Below, in pieces: positions 38,674-50,338 of a DNA stretch of 64,000 nt. The notes under the pieces are model-generated. The model made no database searches. It had not been told where the DNA came from and saw only the letters and a list, made by a program, of their open reading frames with translations. The translations under genes were made by a program, and so were the position numbers. The DNA is from Octopus vulgaris (Eukaryota): positions 68,510,001 to 68,574,000 of the forward strand of contig OX597815.1 in assembly GCA_951406725.2 (NCBI GenBank), given 5' to 3'. Numbering within the stretch: position 1 is the first letter of the stretch; each line of letters opens with the position of its first letter.

Positions 38674-39360
38674 AGTAGTAATTCAATTTTAGAACACACA
38701 CATACACACACACATACAAACACACACACACGTGTACAGATATTCTCTATTTGTACATACTTGTCATTATCAGCACCTATGTAAGAAATTAAATTGTACA
38801 CTCTAATTTGTAAAATGTGAGTAGTTTGCTAAAGTTATACAGTGTATGTCAAAGTGTGAATGTTTGTGTTGTATAGACATATTTTAAAATTACATATCAT
38901 TCCATCTCATCTTGCTCTCAGATATTATCATGCACACAACACACACACACACATACAAAGAAGGGGGGAGAGGCAGAGAGAGAGAGATAGGTATCTCAGT
39001 TTTCCACTTTGGCATGTGGAATTCCTATACCATGTATGTATTCACATTCATATGTACCTATGGAGAAGAATATTATCTCTATACACAGAGTAACCACATT
39101 TAATGCTCACGCATTCTCTGTAGAAAACACTTCTTACTTTTTATAGTACACTTGTGGACTCATTCATTTATATATATAGACATTGGCTGTGTGGTAAGAA
39201 GCTTGTTTTCCAACCACCTGGTTCTGAGTTCAGTCCCATTGGGTGGCACCTTGAGCAAGTGTTTTCCTCTACAACCTGAAGCTGACCAAAGCCTTGCAAA
39301 TGGATTTGGTAGACAGAAACTGAAAGAAGCCCATTGTATATGTGTGTGTATATATATATA

Positions 39361-40237
39361 TCATCATCATCATCATCATTTAGCGTCCGTTCTCCATGCT
39401 AGCATGGGTTGGACGGTTCAACTGGGGTCTGTGAAGCTGGAAGGCTTCATCAGGCCCAGTCAGATCTGGCAGTGTTTCTACGGCTGGATGCCCTTCCTAA
39501 CGCCAACCACTCCGTGAGTGTAGTGGGTGCTTTTACGTGCCACCTGCACAGGTGCCAGACAGAGCTGGCAAACGGCCACGAACGGATGGTGCTTTTACGT
39601 GTCACCGGCACGGGGCCAGGCGAGGCTGGCAACGGACACGAACGGATGGTGCTTTTACGTGCCACCAACACGGGGGCCAGACAGAGCTGGCAAACGGCCA
39701 CGAAACGGATGGTGCTTTTACGTGTCACCGGCACGGGGGCCAGGCGAGGCTGGCAACGGGCACGAACGGATGGTGCTTTTACATGCCACAGACACGGGGG
39801 CCAGACAGGGCTGGCAAACGGCCACAAACGGATGGTGCTTTTACATGTCACCGGCACAGGGGCCAGGCGAGGCTGGCAACGGACACGAATGGATGGTGCT
39901 TTTACATGTCACCGACATGGGGGCCAGACAGGGCTGGCAAACGGACACGAACGGATGGTGCTTTTACGTGTCACCGGCACGGGGGCCAGACAGAGCTGGC
40001 AAACGGCCACGAACGGATGGTGCTTTTACGTGTCACCGGCACGGGGGCCAGACAGAGCTGGTAAAACGGCCACAAACGGATGGTGCTTTTACGTGTCACC
40101 GGCACGGGGGCCAGGCCAGGCTGGCAACGAACACGAACGGATGGTGCTTTTACGTGCCACCTACATGGGGGCCAGACAGGGCTGGCGAACGGCTACGAAC
40201 GGATGGTACTTTTACGTGTCACCTGCACGGGGGCCCT
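39361..40237 (-). mobile_element. RTE 3'-UTR copy with expanded 61-bp GC-rich minisatellite (about 12 units)
   Basis: (CAT)n then the reverse tail, then repeats of ggtgcttttacgtgtcaccggcacgggggccagacagagctggcaaacggccacgaacggat. Confidence 0.9.
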
Positions 40238-40542
40238 GATGTTATTTTATTTAAAAGCAGCAGAAATTTAACAAAAGATGTTACTCAGAGTTTCACATTC
40301 CTATTCATCAGACAGTTTTGTTAAAATGGAACAGAAATAACGATATAATCAAAACTAGTTAAAGGATACACCTTAAAAATGGATTTGTTTCATTGGTCCT
40401 TTCAATTAACGATCTTAAACATGCAATGAACAAAATAAATGAATTCAATATAAATTCATCCTACTGCAAATTGAAGGAAACTTTAAATCCAAGACTTTAA
40501 ATCACCTTACAGACATGGTGCGCATAAAAGACAAGGTGTAAA

Positions 40543-40688
40543 CATTACATATTCTAATTTACTGTCGTAAATTTGACATACTGCAGTTTCCTATAGTCAT
40601 TATAGGTTTATTATTGATATTGAACTTATAATGACTACTGGAAACAGCTGAAAGTCAAATTTACTATTAGAAAGAAAAATATGTAATG
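40543..40688 (+). other. Long imperfect hairpin (candidate structured ncRNA)
   Basis: Nested pairings cattacatatt/aatatgtaatg, gtaaatttgac/gtcaaatttac, gtttcc/ggaaac, tagtcattataggtt/aacttataatgacta. Confidence 0.75.
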
Positions 40689-40859
40689 ATAATGAATTTA
40701 CAGTAGAAAATGGTGATGAATTATAACCTTGGACCCAGCCACAAGAATAAGTGGAGTTCTTTATTAATCTAAATAATATTGTTAGCCTGGTGTACAAACA
40801 GAGAACTTATAAAATATTTTGCCCAGATAGATAATCCCTCACTAATAACTATATATGTG

Positions 40860-41168
40860 TGTTGTTGGTCTTTGTTCCTTCTCAAGCCATGCCTGGTTCA
40901 TAAGGGCTGGTTTCCCAGTTTCAATGGCATATAGGTTCCCCACCTGGATGGGATGCTAGTCCATTGCAGGTGAGCAGCTTGGTGCAGGAGGAAAGAGTGA
41001 AAGTTGTGGCGAAAGAGTCAGCAGGGGTTTGCCATTACATTCTGCCGATCCACATGGGGCTTAGGTATTTCACTCATAAACACACACATCACCCAGTCTG
41101 AGATTCGAACCTGTTATCCCTCAACCATGAGTCTGCTGCTCTAACCATTAGGCCATGTACCTCCACAG
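40860..41168 (-). mobile_element. tRNA-derived SINE
   Basis: The reverse complement gives tggcctaatggttagagcagc...ggttcgaatctc (A and B boxes). Same family as 60389-60690 (+). Confidence 0.8.
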
Positions 41169-41194
41169 CCAAAGCCAGGAACTTTTCAGCACCC

Positions 41195-41235
<41 letters not shown>

Positions 41236-41280
41236 CATCATAAAACGGACGCTAAATGATGAAATATATATATATATATA

Positions 41281-41545
41281 TAGGTTATAAAATGAGATAG
41301 GGGTTGAAAATTCAACCCACCATGGGATAATATATATCCAATATACTGCTAGATAGGTACCCAACAAAATTAATACATAGATGTTAAAAAATTGTCAAAC
41401 AATCAGTTCATCTATTGTATTATATGGGTAAAGGTAATAATATTACCGTAAATTAATACTACAAAATTAGAGAATGGAGAAACATACTTATCTCGATCTT
41501 GAAAGGATGGACTTGGTGCTAACTTAACTGTATCTATTTTTATTA

Positions 41546-41605
<60 letters not shown>

Positions 41606-42273
41606 TATTATTATTATTATTAATATTAATGGTAATTTTTATTAACTTTTATAGCTTTAGAATTTTATGAACTGTACCATGGTTTTAATTATTATTTTTC
41701 ATCTCCATATGTGTTAGCTTTTTTTTATAAAAAAAACTATTAGCCAAATATGTATAATATCGGTACTTATTAATATTAATATATACACTGTTATATATTT
41801 TGTTTTATTTTGTTCTGTTTACCTTCCTTTTTTGTACAAATGTGTATTATATTATATAAGTGTAGCATTATGATGTATAAGTTTTTATATTTTACATTTT
41901 TATATTTTTATATTTATATGTATATGATTATATAATATTTTTCACTATTATAATAAATTTAATTTAATTCTCTGAAGAGGCCGTGGGGCATCCTTGTTAA
42001 TGCCTCATTCATACCTGCCTTTATGGCTTATAGGTTAAATGAGGTATGACTGCCCTCACTGCCGAAACAGCTGTCAGTTTTGATTTATTTGCATATTATA
42101 TTTGAAATTTTTTACTTATATCTCTTTATCTTTTTACTATTACTGTATATCTCATGTCATTTTATATATTGCCTTTACTCATATGTAATGGTGTATTAAA
42201 GTATGGATTGAGTATCATCGGATAGTTGATGTTTTACTGATTTAAGTATGTTTCTCCATTCTCTAATTTTGTA

Positions 42274-42276
<3 letters not shown>
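41281..42276 (+). mobile_element. Non-coding Penelope-like pseudo-LTR / retrozyme-like insertion in (TA)n
   Basis: Bounded by (TA)n tracts. Contains a 34-bp perfect inverted repeat (41457-41490 vs 42243-42276) and a hammerhead motif, with an AT-rich body. Confidence 0.65.
41966..42081 (+). ncRNA. Type I hammerhead ribozyme motif with extended stem II
   Basis: CUGAAGA (41972-41978), stem II closed by GGC/GCC, GAAA (42064-42067), short stem III AC-AGCU-GU with a palindromic loop, and a GUC cleavage triplet ending at 42075. Stem I is weak. Confidence 0.7.
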
Positions 42277-42342
<66 letters not shown>

Positions 42343-42368
42343 TGTATGTATGTATGTATGTATATATT

Positions 42369-42577
42369 GGGTGCTGAAAAGTTCTTGGCTTTGGCTAAAA
42401 GAAAATACTGGAGGGTCAGTTAATTATGATTTTATTCAGCATATTCCCATTTCAGATTCACACACTTATTGCAGAAGTCCTTCAGTTTTTTTAAGCCCTG
42501 TGAAAGAACTCAAAAGGTTGGGCCTCCAGCCAAGCCTTTTGTGATACCCTTAGAACCAGAAACTTTTCAGCATCCCC
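42369..42577. mobile_element. Tc1/mariner-type MITE
   Basis: TIRs gggtgctgaaaagttc / gaaacttttcagcatccc. Second copy at 60708-60888 and a lone TIR at 41168-41194. Confidence 0.75.
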
Positions 42578-42872
42578 TCATACTTGCATGGGTCAGACAG
42601 GATTTGTTGAGGTGGGTTTCCCATGACCAGATACCCTACCCGTCACCAACCTTCAAATTTCCAGAGCGAGGTAATATTTCACCATGGCCAGACATATTTT
42701 CACAGAAGAGTGGAAACAAAGGACAGTGCTTGTATGATACTTGCAGCTATCATGCAATGTAAAGGCAAGGAGACAATAACACACACATACATACATATAC
42801 ACATACACACACCAACATATATGCATAAAACAAATCTATAAGCCAGAAAAAATATGCGCTTGTACATCCATC

Positions 42873-43120
42873 AGCAGAGTAGGTAGTATTATATATTCAT
42901 TACAGCAAATTTGTTTCCTAATGGGTATAAAACTAGATGTTAGATAACAGCACAGTTATGTTGGACCATGTGCTTGCCACATTTTTTCCATGTCTGGTGG
43001 CTCTGACAAGCATGTAGTGTTATGTAACATTACTATTATCTAACATCTGGTTTAATACCTAGTATGAAACTGATTGGTAGGACTGACTGTAATGAATATA
43101 TAATACTGTTACACTTTGCT
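42873..43120 (+). other. About 250-nt imperfect foldback (candidate structured ncRNA)
   Basis: gtattatatattcattacag/ctgtaatgaatatataatac (perfect 20 bp), gggtataaaactagatgttagataa/ttatctaacatctggtttaatacct, atgtgcttgcca/tgacaagcatgt. Confidence 0.8.
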
Positions 43121-43569
43121 TAATATATATATTAAACAAAGTCTATGTGTATGTATATATATATTAATCAAAGTATATACACACACACAAGAAAATAATA
43201 AACAGGTTTATTTTAAAGAGTTCACATGCGTTTCACCACTATGAATCTTTGGAGCTCTGTGATAGATATTCCAGTAAACACTTCATTGTGTTTAACAGCT
43301 TCTTTCAGTTTCTGTCAACCAAATCCACTCATAAGTCTTTAGTTGGCCCAAGGCTATAGTAGAAGTCACTTGCTCAAAGTGCCACACAGTGGGACTGAAC
43401 TTGGAACCATGTGGTTGGGAAGCAAAATTTTGTCCACACAGCCATACCTCTGCCACACGCACTCACACATATATGTATAACAGTCAACAGGAGAGACGTT
43501 TAGTAATAGTTTCACTGATCTACCCACCCCATATATCAAAGCCCTGATTTTTCAAGGTCCACTTAACAT

Positions 43570-43930
43570 AGATGTGTTTGCATATGTGTGTGCATGTATG
43601 TGTGCATGTGCTTATGTCTATGCATGCATATGTATGTATGAGTAATTTATGTATGCATATACGTCTGTAAATATATATGCATTGATGTATGTGTATGTAT
43701 TTTTGTATGTATGTATGCATGTACGTAAAAGTATGTATGTATCTTTGTATATATGCATGTAAGTATATATGGGTTGGTGTATGTATGTGTATCTTTGTGT
43801 GTATGCATACGTGTATGTATAAGTATGTATGTGTATGCATCTTTGTATGTATGTATGTATGTATGTATGTATGTATGTATGTATGTATGTATGTATATGC
43901 ATATACGTATGTATTTGTATGCATGCATGG
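43570..43930. repeat. Degenerate (TATG)n low-complexity tract
   Basis: Seen directly. Confidence 0.9.
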
Positions 43931-44219
43931 TGTGCACGTCTGTTGTACAGTAGCAAAATTTACACCTGAGAAGATATTAAATATAAAATTTCAATATTGT
44001 TTCATTTTATTTATCTTTTTTTTTATTCAAGATCTTGAATCAATTCCCAAATAAGGAGAAGAATTAAACTAGATTTTAGTGGATCACAGCTAAAATTTTA
44101 AATTCATCTATCAATGCATGCACACATACACATACACACATGTGTGTGTATGAATGTGTGCGCGTGTATGTATATAGATGTGTGTGTGTGTATCTGTGTA
44201 TCTATCTATATATATAATC

Positions 44220-44930
44220 TTGTTCCTGTTGCTTTTCCTTTTCTCTTTCTCTTATACTCCCATTTTCCTTCTATTTTTCTTTTCCTTCCGCCGACACTAC
44301 CTTCTTCGTACATTAATCTCTCTCTCTCTCTCTCTCTCTGTCGTCCCCCCTTTCTCAGCTTCTTTCTAGACTCAATCTATTTTTCAATTCCTCACACCTC
44401 TTTAATACTCTATTTCACTCACTCGCTCTTATACCATTTCTCTCTTTAATTTCTTCTCCTTTTCTATGGTTTTCTGTCTCTCCCTCTCCGTCTCTTTATC
44501 CGTTTGTCACTAATATTGGCTCTCTTTTTTAGCTTCCCTCTCTCTTGATCTGTCTGGTGTTCTTTATCTCCCCTTCCTCTAACTCTGCCTCTAACTTATC
44601 CCTTTCCCTCTTCTTCACTCCCTTTCTTTTTTAATCTATCTTGAATTAAAATAAATTTGTTTGTCTGTCGTTTCTTTCTCTCATTCCAGCCCCACCTCTC
44701 TCTCTATGTTCTTTTCTCTCTTCCAGCTCGTTTTGTTTCCGCTACCTGTTTTCTTACTCTTTCTCTCTCACCTAGTCTCTGTTTCTCACTGTCTGTATCT
44801 CTCTCTGTATTTCTTTCTCTTTCTCTCTTCCTATCCCTTTTCCCTCTCTTATACTCAGTCGCTCTTGGCTTTTCTCTATTCCCTCTGCCTCTCCTCTCAT
44901 CAAAAGCTTCCTCTTTCTCATATCCATCAG
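44220..44930. repeat. About 700-bp polypyrimidine (CT-rich) tract upstream of GNB5
   Basis: Strong C/T strand bias with (CT)n runs. Confidence 0.85.
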
Positions 44931-45257
44931 TCTCACCCACAATATACATACATACTAATATAACATAACTATACATATATATATACATCCATAAATATAT
45001 ATATACATACATTGATATTGATAATACATACACAAATACATATTTATATATACACATACTCTCATATATTTATATATGTATATGTATATATATGCAGTAA
45101 AGAAGAAGAAAGCCTGTCGCTGCTTTCTCCTTCCCGTCAGTTCCCATTCATCCATTCTTCCATCCATTCATCGTTCCATCCGATAAAAAGCGCCACACAC
45201 TCACTGAATTATTTCATTTAATTTTATTTCTTCTCCGCCACGCTCAAAGAAAGGAAC

Positions 45258-45375
45258 ATGGCCACGGATGCTCTGAGTGCCAACCCTACTGAAAGTGTTG
45301 ATGCCTTGACAAGGGAGGCTGATGTACTCAAAGCTAAATTGGAAGATGAAAAAGCCAAACTGAATGATGTCGATA
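45258..45375 (+). CDS. GNB5: G protein subunit beta-5, first coding exon
   Basis: aacATGG Kozak context. Encodes MATDALSANPTESVDALTREADVLKAKLEDEKAKLNDVD, versus vertebrate GNB5 [38 protein letters not shown]. Phase-1 gtgagt donor. No second exon was recognised before the window end. Confidence 0.88.
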
Positions 45376-45421
45376 GTGAGTAGCAGTTCTCTTTTATTGT
45401 TTTTCTGGTTTTACCATTATT

Positions 45422-45453
<32 letters not shown>

Positions 45454-46682
45454 CTCCGACGTCCATAAATGCTTGACTGTCTTATCGTTTATCTAGAATT
45501 CGATTTTCATGCACCTGTCTGGTGTTTATGCGTGTGTGTGAGTGTGATTATATATATATATACACACACTTATACGCGTGTATGTAAATATATGTAGATA
45601 TGTGTCTGTAATTATGCGTATGTATTATTATATATGTCTGTTTATATGTGTGTGTATATTTTTGTTTATGTGCGTACTGTTTGTGATAATATGCAATGAT
45701 GTGTGTGTATTGAAATTGTTAATGAACAAAACGTCTGTCTGTTTAGTGTGCATGTATATATAAATGTATGTCTATAGATCTGTGTGCGTGTACAGAGTGC
45801 ACTATTTATGTATATTGTTTTTATTTTTTTACATCTGCAATTGACTAAATATATATTTCTGTATATATATTATACAAATGAAACTTGGTCTTTATCAATG
45901 TATATATAATCATAGACAATTTATATATATATAGGCATTATATACACAGTTTACTGGCTATATATAGGCATTTACGTATAGGAGTGGATATTGCTTGTAA
46001 TATATGAGGTAACAGGCTGAATTGTGTATATATTGTAACATCGTTTATACGTGAATAAACATTCACATTCGCTCGTTTTGTGTGTATGTTTGTGTGACTA
46101 TATGTCTGCAGAGACCAATATAGCGTATACGTATGCATGCATGTATGTATATATTATATATATATATATATACTTACAGGATGCATATAGGGAGACGTGT
46201 ATGTATTCATAGTTGACCTCTTTCTCTATAAGTACGTATTGGTGAGTCTTGTATCAATATGCACATATGAATACACTTACATATGTATGTATATTTATAC
46301 ATACGCACACATACAAACATCTATATGCATGTATATACATACTGTATTTTGTCTGGTCATTTAAATTTATGATTGATCTCTGTTTAGGAGAAATAATCAT
46401 TCTAAGAATGTATATACGAGTTCGTATGTACACACCCACCTAACCACATGCATATATTTATATATATATAGGTATATATATATGTCTCGCACAGAGAAAT
46501 GTGCGTGCACGCGTATATATGCAGGTATATATATATATATATATATATCTCCGGTAATATTCCTTCACATGAAAAATTTTCACACGCACACATATCTTAT
46601 GAAACTATGTTTTATAGGGTGTGTGTACATATGACTATTTTCATTATTTTATTGCCTGCATTTTTTAACAGTTGTCTGTATG

Positions 46683-46714
<32 letters not shown>

Positions 46715-47202
46715 ATGTATGTATGTACATACACACACAAACGCGCGCTGTATATCCTATTGCATACAGGCAATTGTAACGGAGTTAGTTGTGTTTATAT
46801 GTATATATATATATGTATATATATATACAGCTGTTTAGGCAAATGAAATGCCGTTATATCAGAACTACTACTACTATTGTTAGTAATAATAATAATCTCG
46901 TCTGACCGCTGCTGTCAGGTTTGGGAAGCTGTATTACTGTTGCGATTGTCCGCGTTCTTCCCGGATGTCTTAGACGGTGGTGAAGTGGAAGAGATTGGTG
47001 GTGATGGTAGTGGTGGCAGTTGTAGTGATAATGATGATGGTGGTGGTGTTCGGAAATGGCGGACAGTGGAGGAACGGCTATTTACTTCATCCATACTATA
47101 ATAAAGAAATTTAGTTTAATAATATTTTATCTGCACAAATAAGAGAATCCATGTGCGTAAATGACAAACCCTGAACATTTCCCCCCATTCACATTATATA
47201 CA

Positions 47203-47480
47203 CGAGTGGTTTTCAACCACTTGTTTTGCCTATGGGCCCTTTTGATCCCTAGTTTACTCCATAGCCATTCGATGTTTGAAAAAATTCTATTATATTTTTA
47301 TAATTAAATGTCGTATAACAAAACAAATTGGCGATCTTTCGTTACAAGAACACTACAAAAAATTGTTAAAATATTTTGTGTTTTGTGGAAGTAAAACCAA
47401 TATAAGGTATATAAAATTTTACCAACAAAATCTCATTTGGACCCCCAAAGGGTCATGTGGACCCCAGTTGAAAACCTCTG
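47203..47480. mobile_element. hAT-type MITE
   Basis: Termini agtggttttcaacc / gttgaaaacctctg resemble CAGTGGTTCTCAAC-type hAT TIRs. Confidence 0.65.
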
Positions 47481-48389
47481 ATGTGCACCGTGTGTGTATA
47501 CTAGATGCGTTCTGTATTTGCTAGTGCGTGTATGTGTGTTTGTATATATAAAACATGTTATCCGTGTAATACGTAATGTATGTGTGTGTGCACTGTGTGT
47601 ACTTGGATGCCACCTACCTTCCGTAGACTTTGCGTCTGGGGGTGTGTAGATGGCTATTTGTTAGTTATACACTGTATGTATATATATATATATGTGTATA
47701 TATACACATATATGTATGTTAATGTATATATACAAATGCATGTATGTATATGTGCGTGGATATATTATTAGTTCATAATGCTGGATTTTTTTCCTGTTTC
47801 ATCTTCGTGTCCTTCAGGATGTATAGAATGGCATTATTGCATAAAGCTATTTGAAACTAATAGTCGTAATTATAGTAATGATGATAAGTATCGATTGATT
47901 ATTAATCAATAACGATGCTGACAACAACAACATCAGTGTTATTAACATTGTTGATGTCATATTTAACGCACTGGTACGTAGTACATGCTGCTTCAGGATT
48001 ATTCCATTCCATGGAATAATATGACATACACCATAAACACAGTGAAGGATACAGACGAAGGTGACTGCTGTGGATCTGTGTCTGCTACATGGTTCCAGTT
48101 CCATGAATGCAATCTTTATTTTTCCACTTCACCTGGTATCACTTGACCAACTAGAAAGAGCTGCTAAATCTTCTTCAAAACAAACCTACCATTTAACAAA
48201 AGGAAGGACAATTTCTTTTATTATTACATGGTCCTGAATGCATTTGTGTTTGAGAAGAAGGAATGGTCACGGTTGGAACTTCATTAATGTAAGGTTAGCT
48301 TAGTCAATGCTGGGAAAGCTATGAACGTTACGGCTGTTTTTGAAATAAACATAATTAAGAACTTGATGAGTTAATCTATTTAGAAATAA

Positions 48390-48586
48390 TTATCCCTTTA
48401 GTATTCAGATTATTCTGTCAAATATAATTCATATTGTTTTGAATTAATCATGCATTATCTCATAGCTATGAGATTTCAACGATAACTTACTGTTAGAATG
48501 ACATTGTTGGGCAGGTGTGAGAGGCCTAATCTGGCCAGTTTGAATATTTGAGCTGGATATGGCCGGTTTGAATGCTAAAGGGTTAA
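48390..48586. mobile_element. piggyBac-type MITE, family A
   Basis: ccctttagtatt...aatgctaaagggttaa. Homologous to 2355-2582. Confidence 0.75.
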
Positions 48587-48774
48587 AGCATCTGATTATG
48601 TTAGGACAGGGTTAGGATACATGAAACTTGGAAAACATTCAGGACACTGTTTCAATGAGGTAAACACTGCAATGGGCTTAGTGTTGGGACTTGTGCATTT
48701 CCATTCTTAAACAAAATACATTATACTTCTCAACCTTCATATACTGAGCTCTTTTTTTTGTACTTTTGTCAAGC

Positions 48775-48812
<38 letters not shown>

Positions 48813-49185
48813 CCATATATACACATTCATGTTGGTTGCAAGCTTCCATCATTTGACAATGAAGACTCAGTTGCTCAATCAACTGAATTACCTGCTCCTG
48901 AATTGATCAAATAAGTGGCTGAGTATTCTACAGACACATGTATTCTTAACGTAATTCTCAAGCAGAATCAGTGTGACACAGAGTGTTAGACAAGGCTGTA
49001 CCTTTTTGAATCATTGATATAATCCAATCAACAGGTTTCTATAGTTCCCATCTACCCATTTTCACTTGCAAGGTATAAGTTGACTCAGGGTTTTAGAAAA
49101 TACCATGCTGTAAGGATTGAACTCAGGACCTTGTGGTTGCTAAGCAAACTTCTTAACAATTCAGCCACACCACACCTAACACACA

Positions 49186-49216
<31 letters not shown>

Positions 49217-50338
49217 TACAACCGTTTATCCCAGACCTATGAGAACTGTTTTTTCTTTGTTTTTAATTTATTCTCTATCATACATCCAACATTTCTTAAT
49301 CTTCTAGACAGATGCAGGCATGGCTATGTGGTTAAGAAGCTCACTTTGTCACCATGTGGGTTTAGGTTCACTCCCACTCCCTGACACCTTAGGCAGCTGT
49401 TTTCTACTATTGGCTCTGGCCAAGCAATGCACTGTGAGTGAATTTGGTAGATGCAAACTGTGTGGAACCCATTGTATATGTATGTATATAAGTATGTGTG
49501 TCTGTATTTAACCTTCCATCACTTGTCAACCGGTGTTGGTTTGTTTACATCTGCAAAGGAACCAATAAAATAAATATCATACTTAAAAAAAAAAGTACTA
49601 GGATCAGTTTCTTTGACTAAACCCTTCAAGGTAGTGTCCAAGCATGGCCACAGTCCAACAACTGAAACAAGTGAAAGATAAAATAAAATATTCATCTCCA
49701 ACATTTCTGAATTTCTTACACTACCTTGAATGTCCTTCTTTCCATGCCATCCGGTCAACAAACAACCCTTAGTGACTTTCCTTAACAATAACTGTGTTTA
49801 TGTCCTGCAATTTACATGGCAGGAATACAAAGATGGGTTCCTCCTATTACCTTCTTTTCTACATTTTGTTACGTTGATACCATATCATCAACCAGATACA
49901 GACAAGTTGGCCATTCCTATCTGAACACTCAGAATATAGAGAACTGGAGCAGGGCACTGTACCACAGCTTTCATCAGCCACACCTACAAGATTTTGCTGA
50001 GAATTCTACTGAAGTTGGGTGGCTATAGAATAAATGATTCAGTTCTGGAAGAGATATAACCAGAAAAAAAAGTTGGTACCAATGGTCAGTCAGCGAAAAA
50101 TACAATATTCTGGTTGCATTATCAGCATCTCTCTGTTCACATCTTTTGGGGCTAGGTGGACAGAAAAACAGGCTTGCAAGGGACAAAGAGATGGAATGTC
50201 GACAGCAAGGACTTGATGGGGAGGACTTATGGCTGCAGCATGAGACTGCAGTGTGTAGTAAGGTATTGTGGTTGTGTCTGAGACCTCCAAACCTCATTCA
50301 TTTGGATGGACATATTCAATTAATATTCTTAATATTGT

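Noticed and set aside
39526-40237. CRISPR-like regular repeats and long ORFs (up to 276 aa)
   Set aside because: Units are full-length tandem copies with no unique spacers and there are no cas genes in this eukaryotic context. The ORFs are by-products of a stop-poor GC-rich minisatellite.
45224-45466. Minus-strand 80-aa ORF
   Set aside because: Antisense shadow of the GNB5 exon plus a (GA)n repeat.
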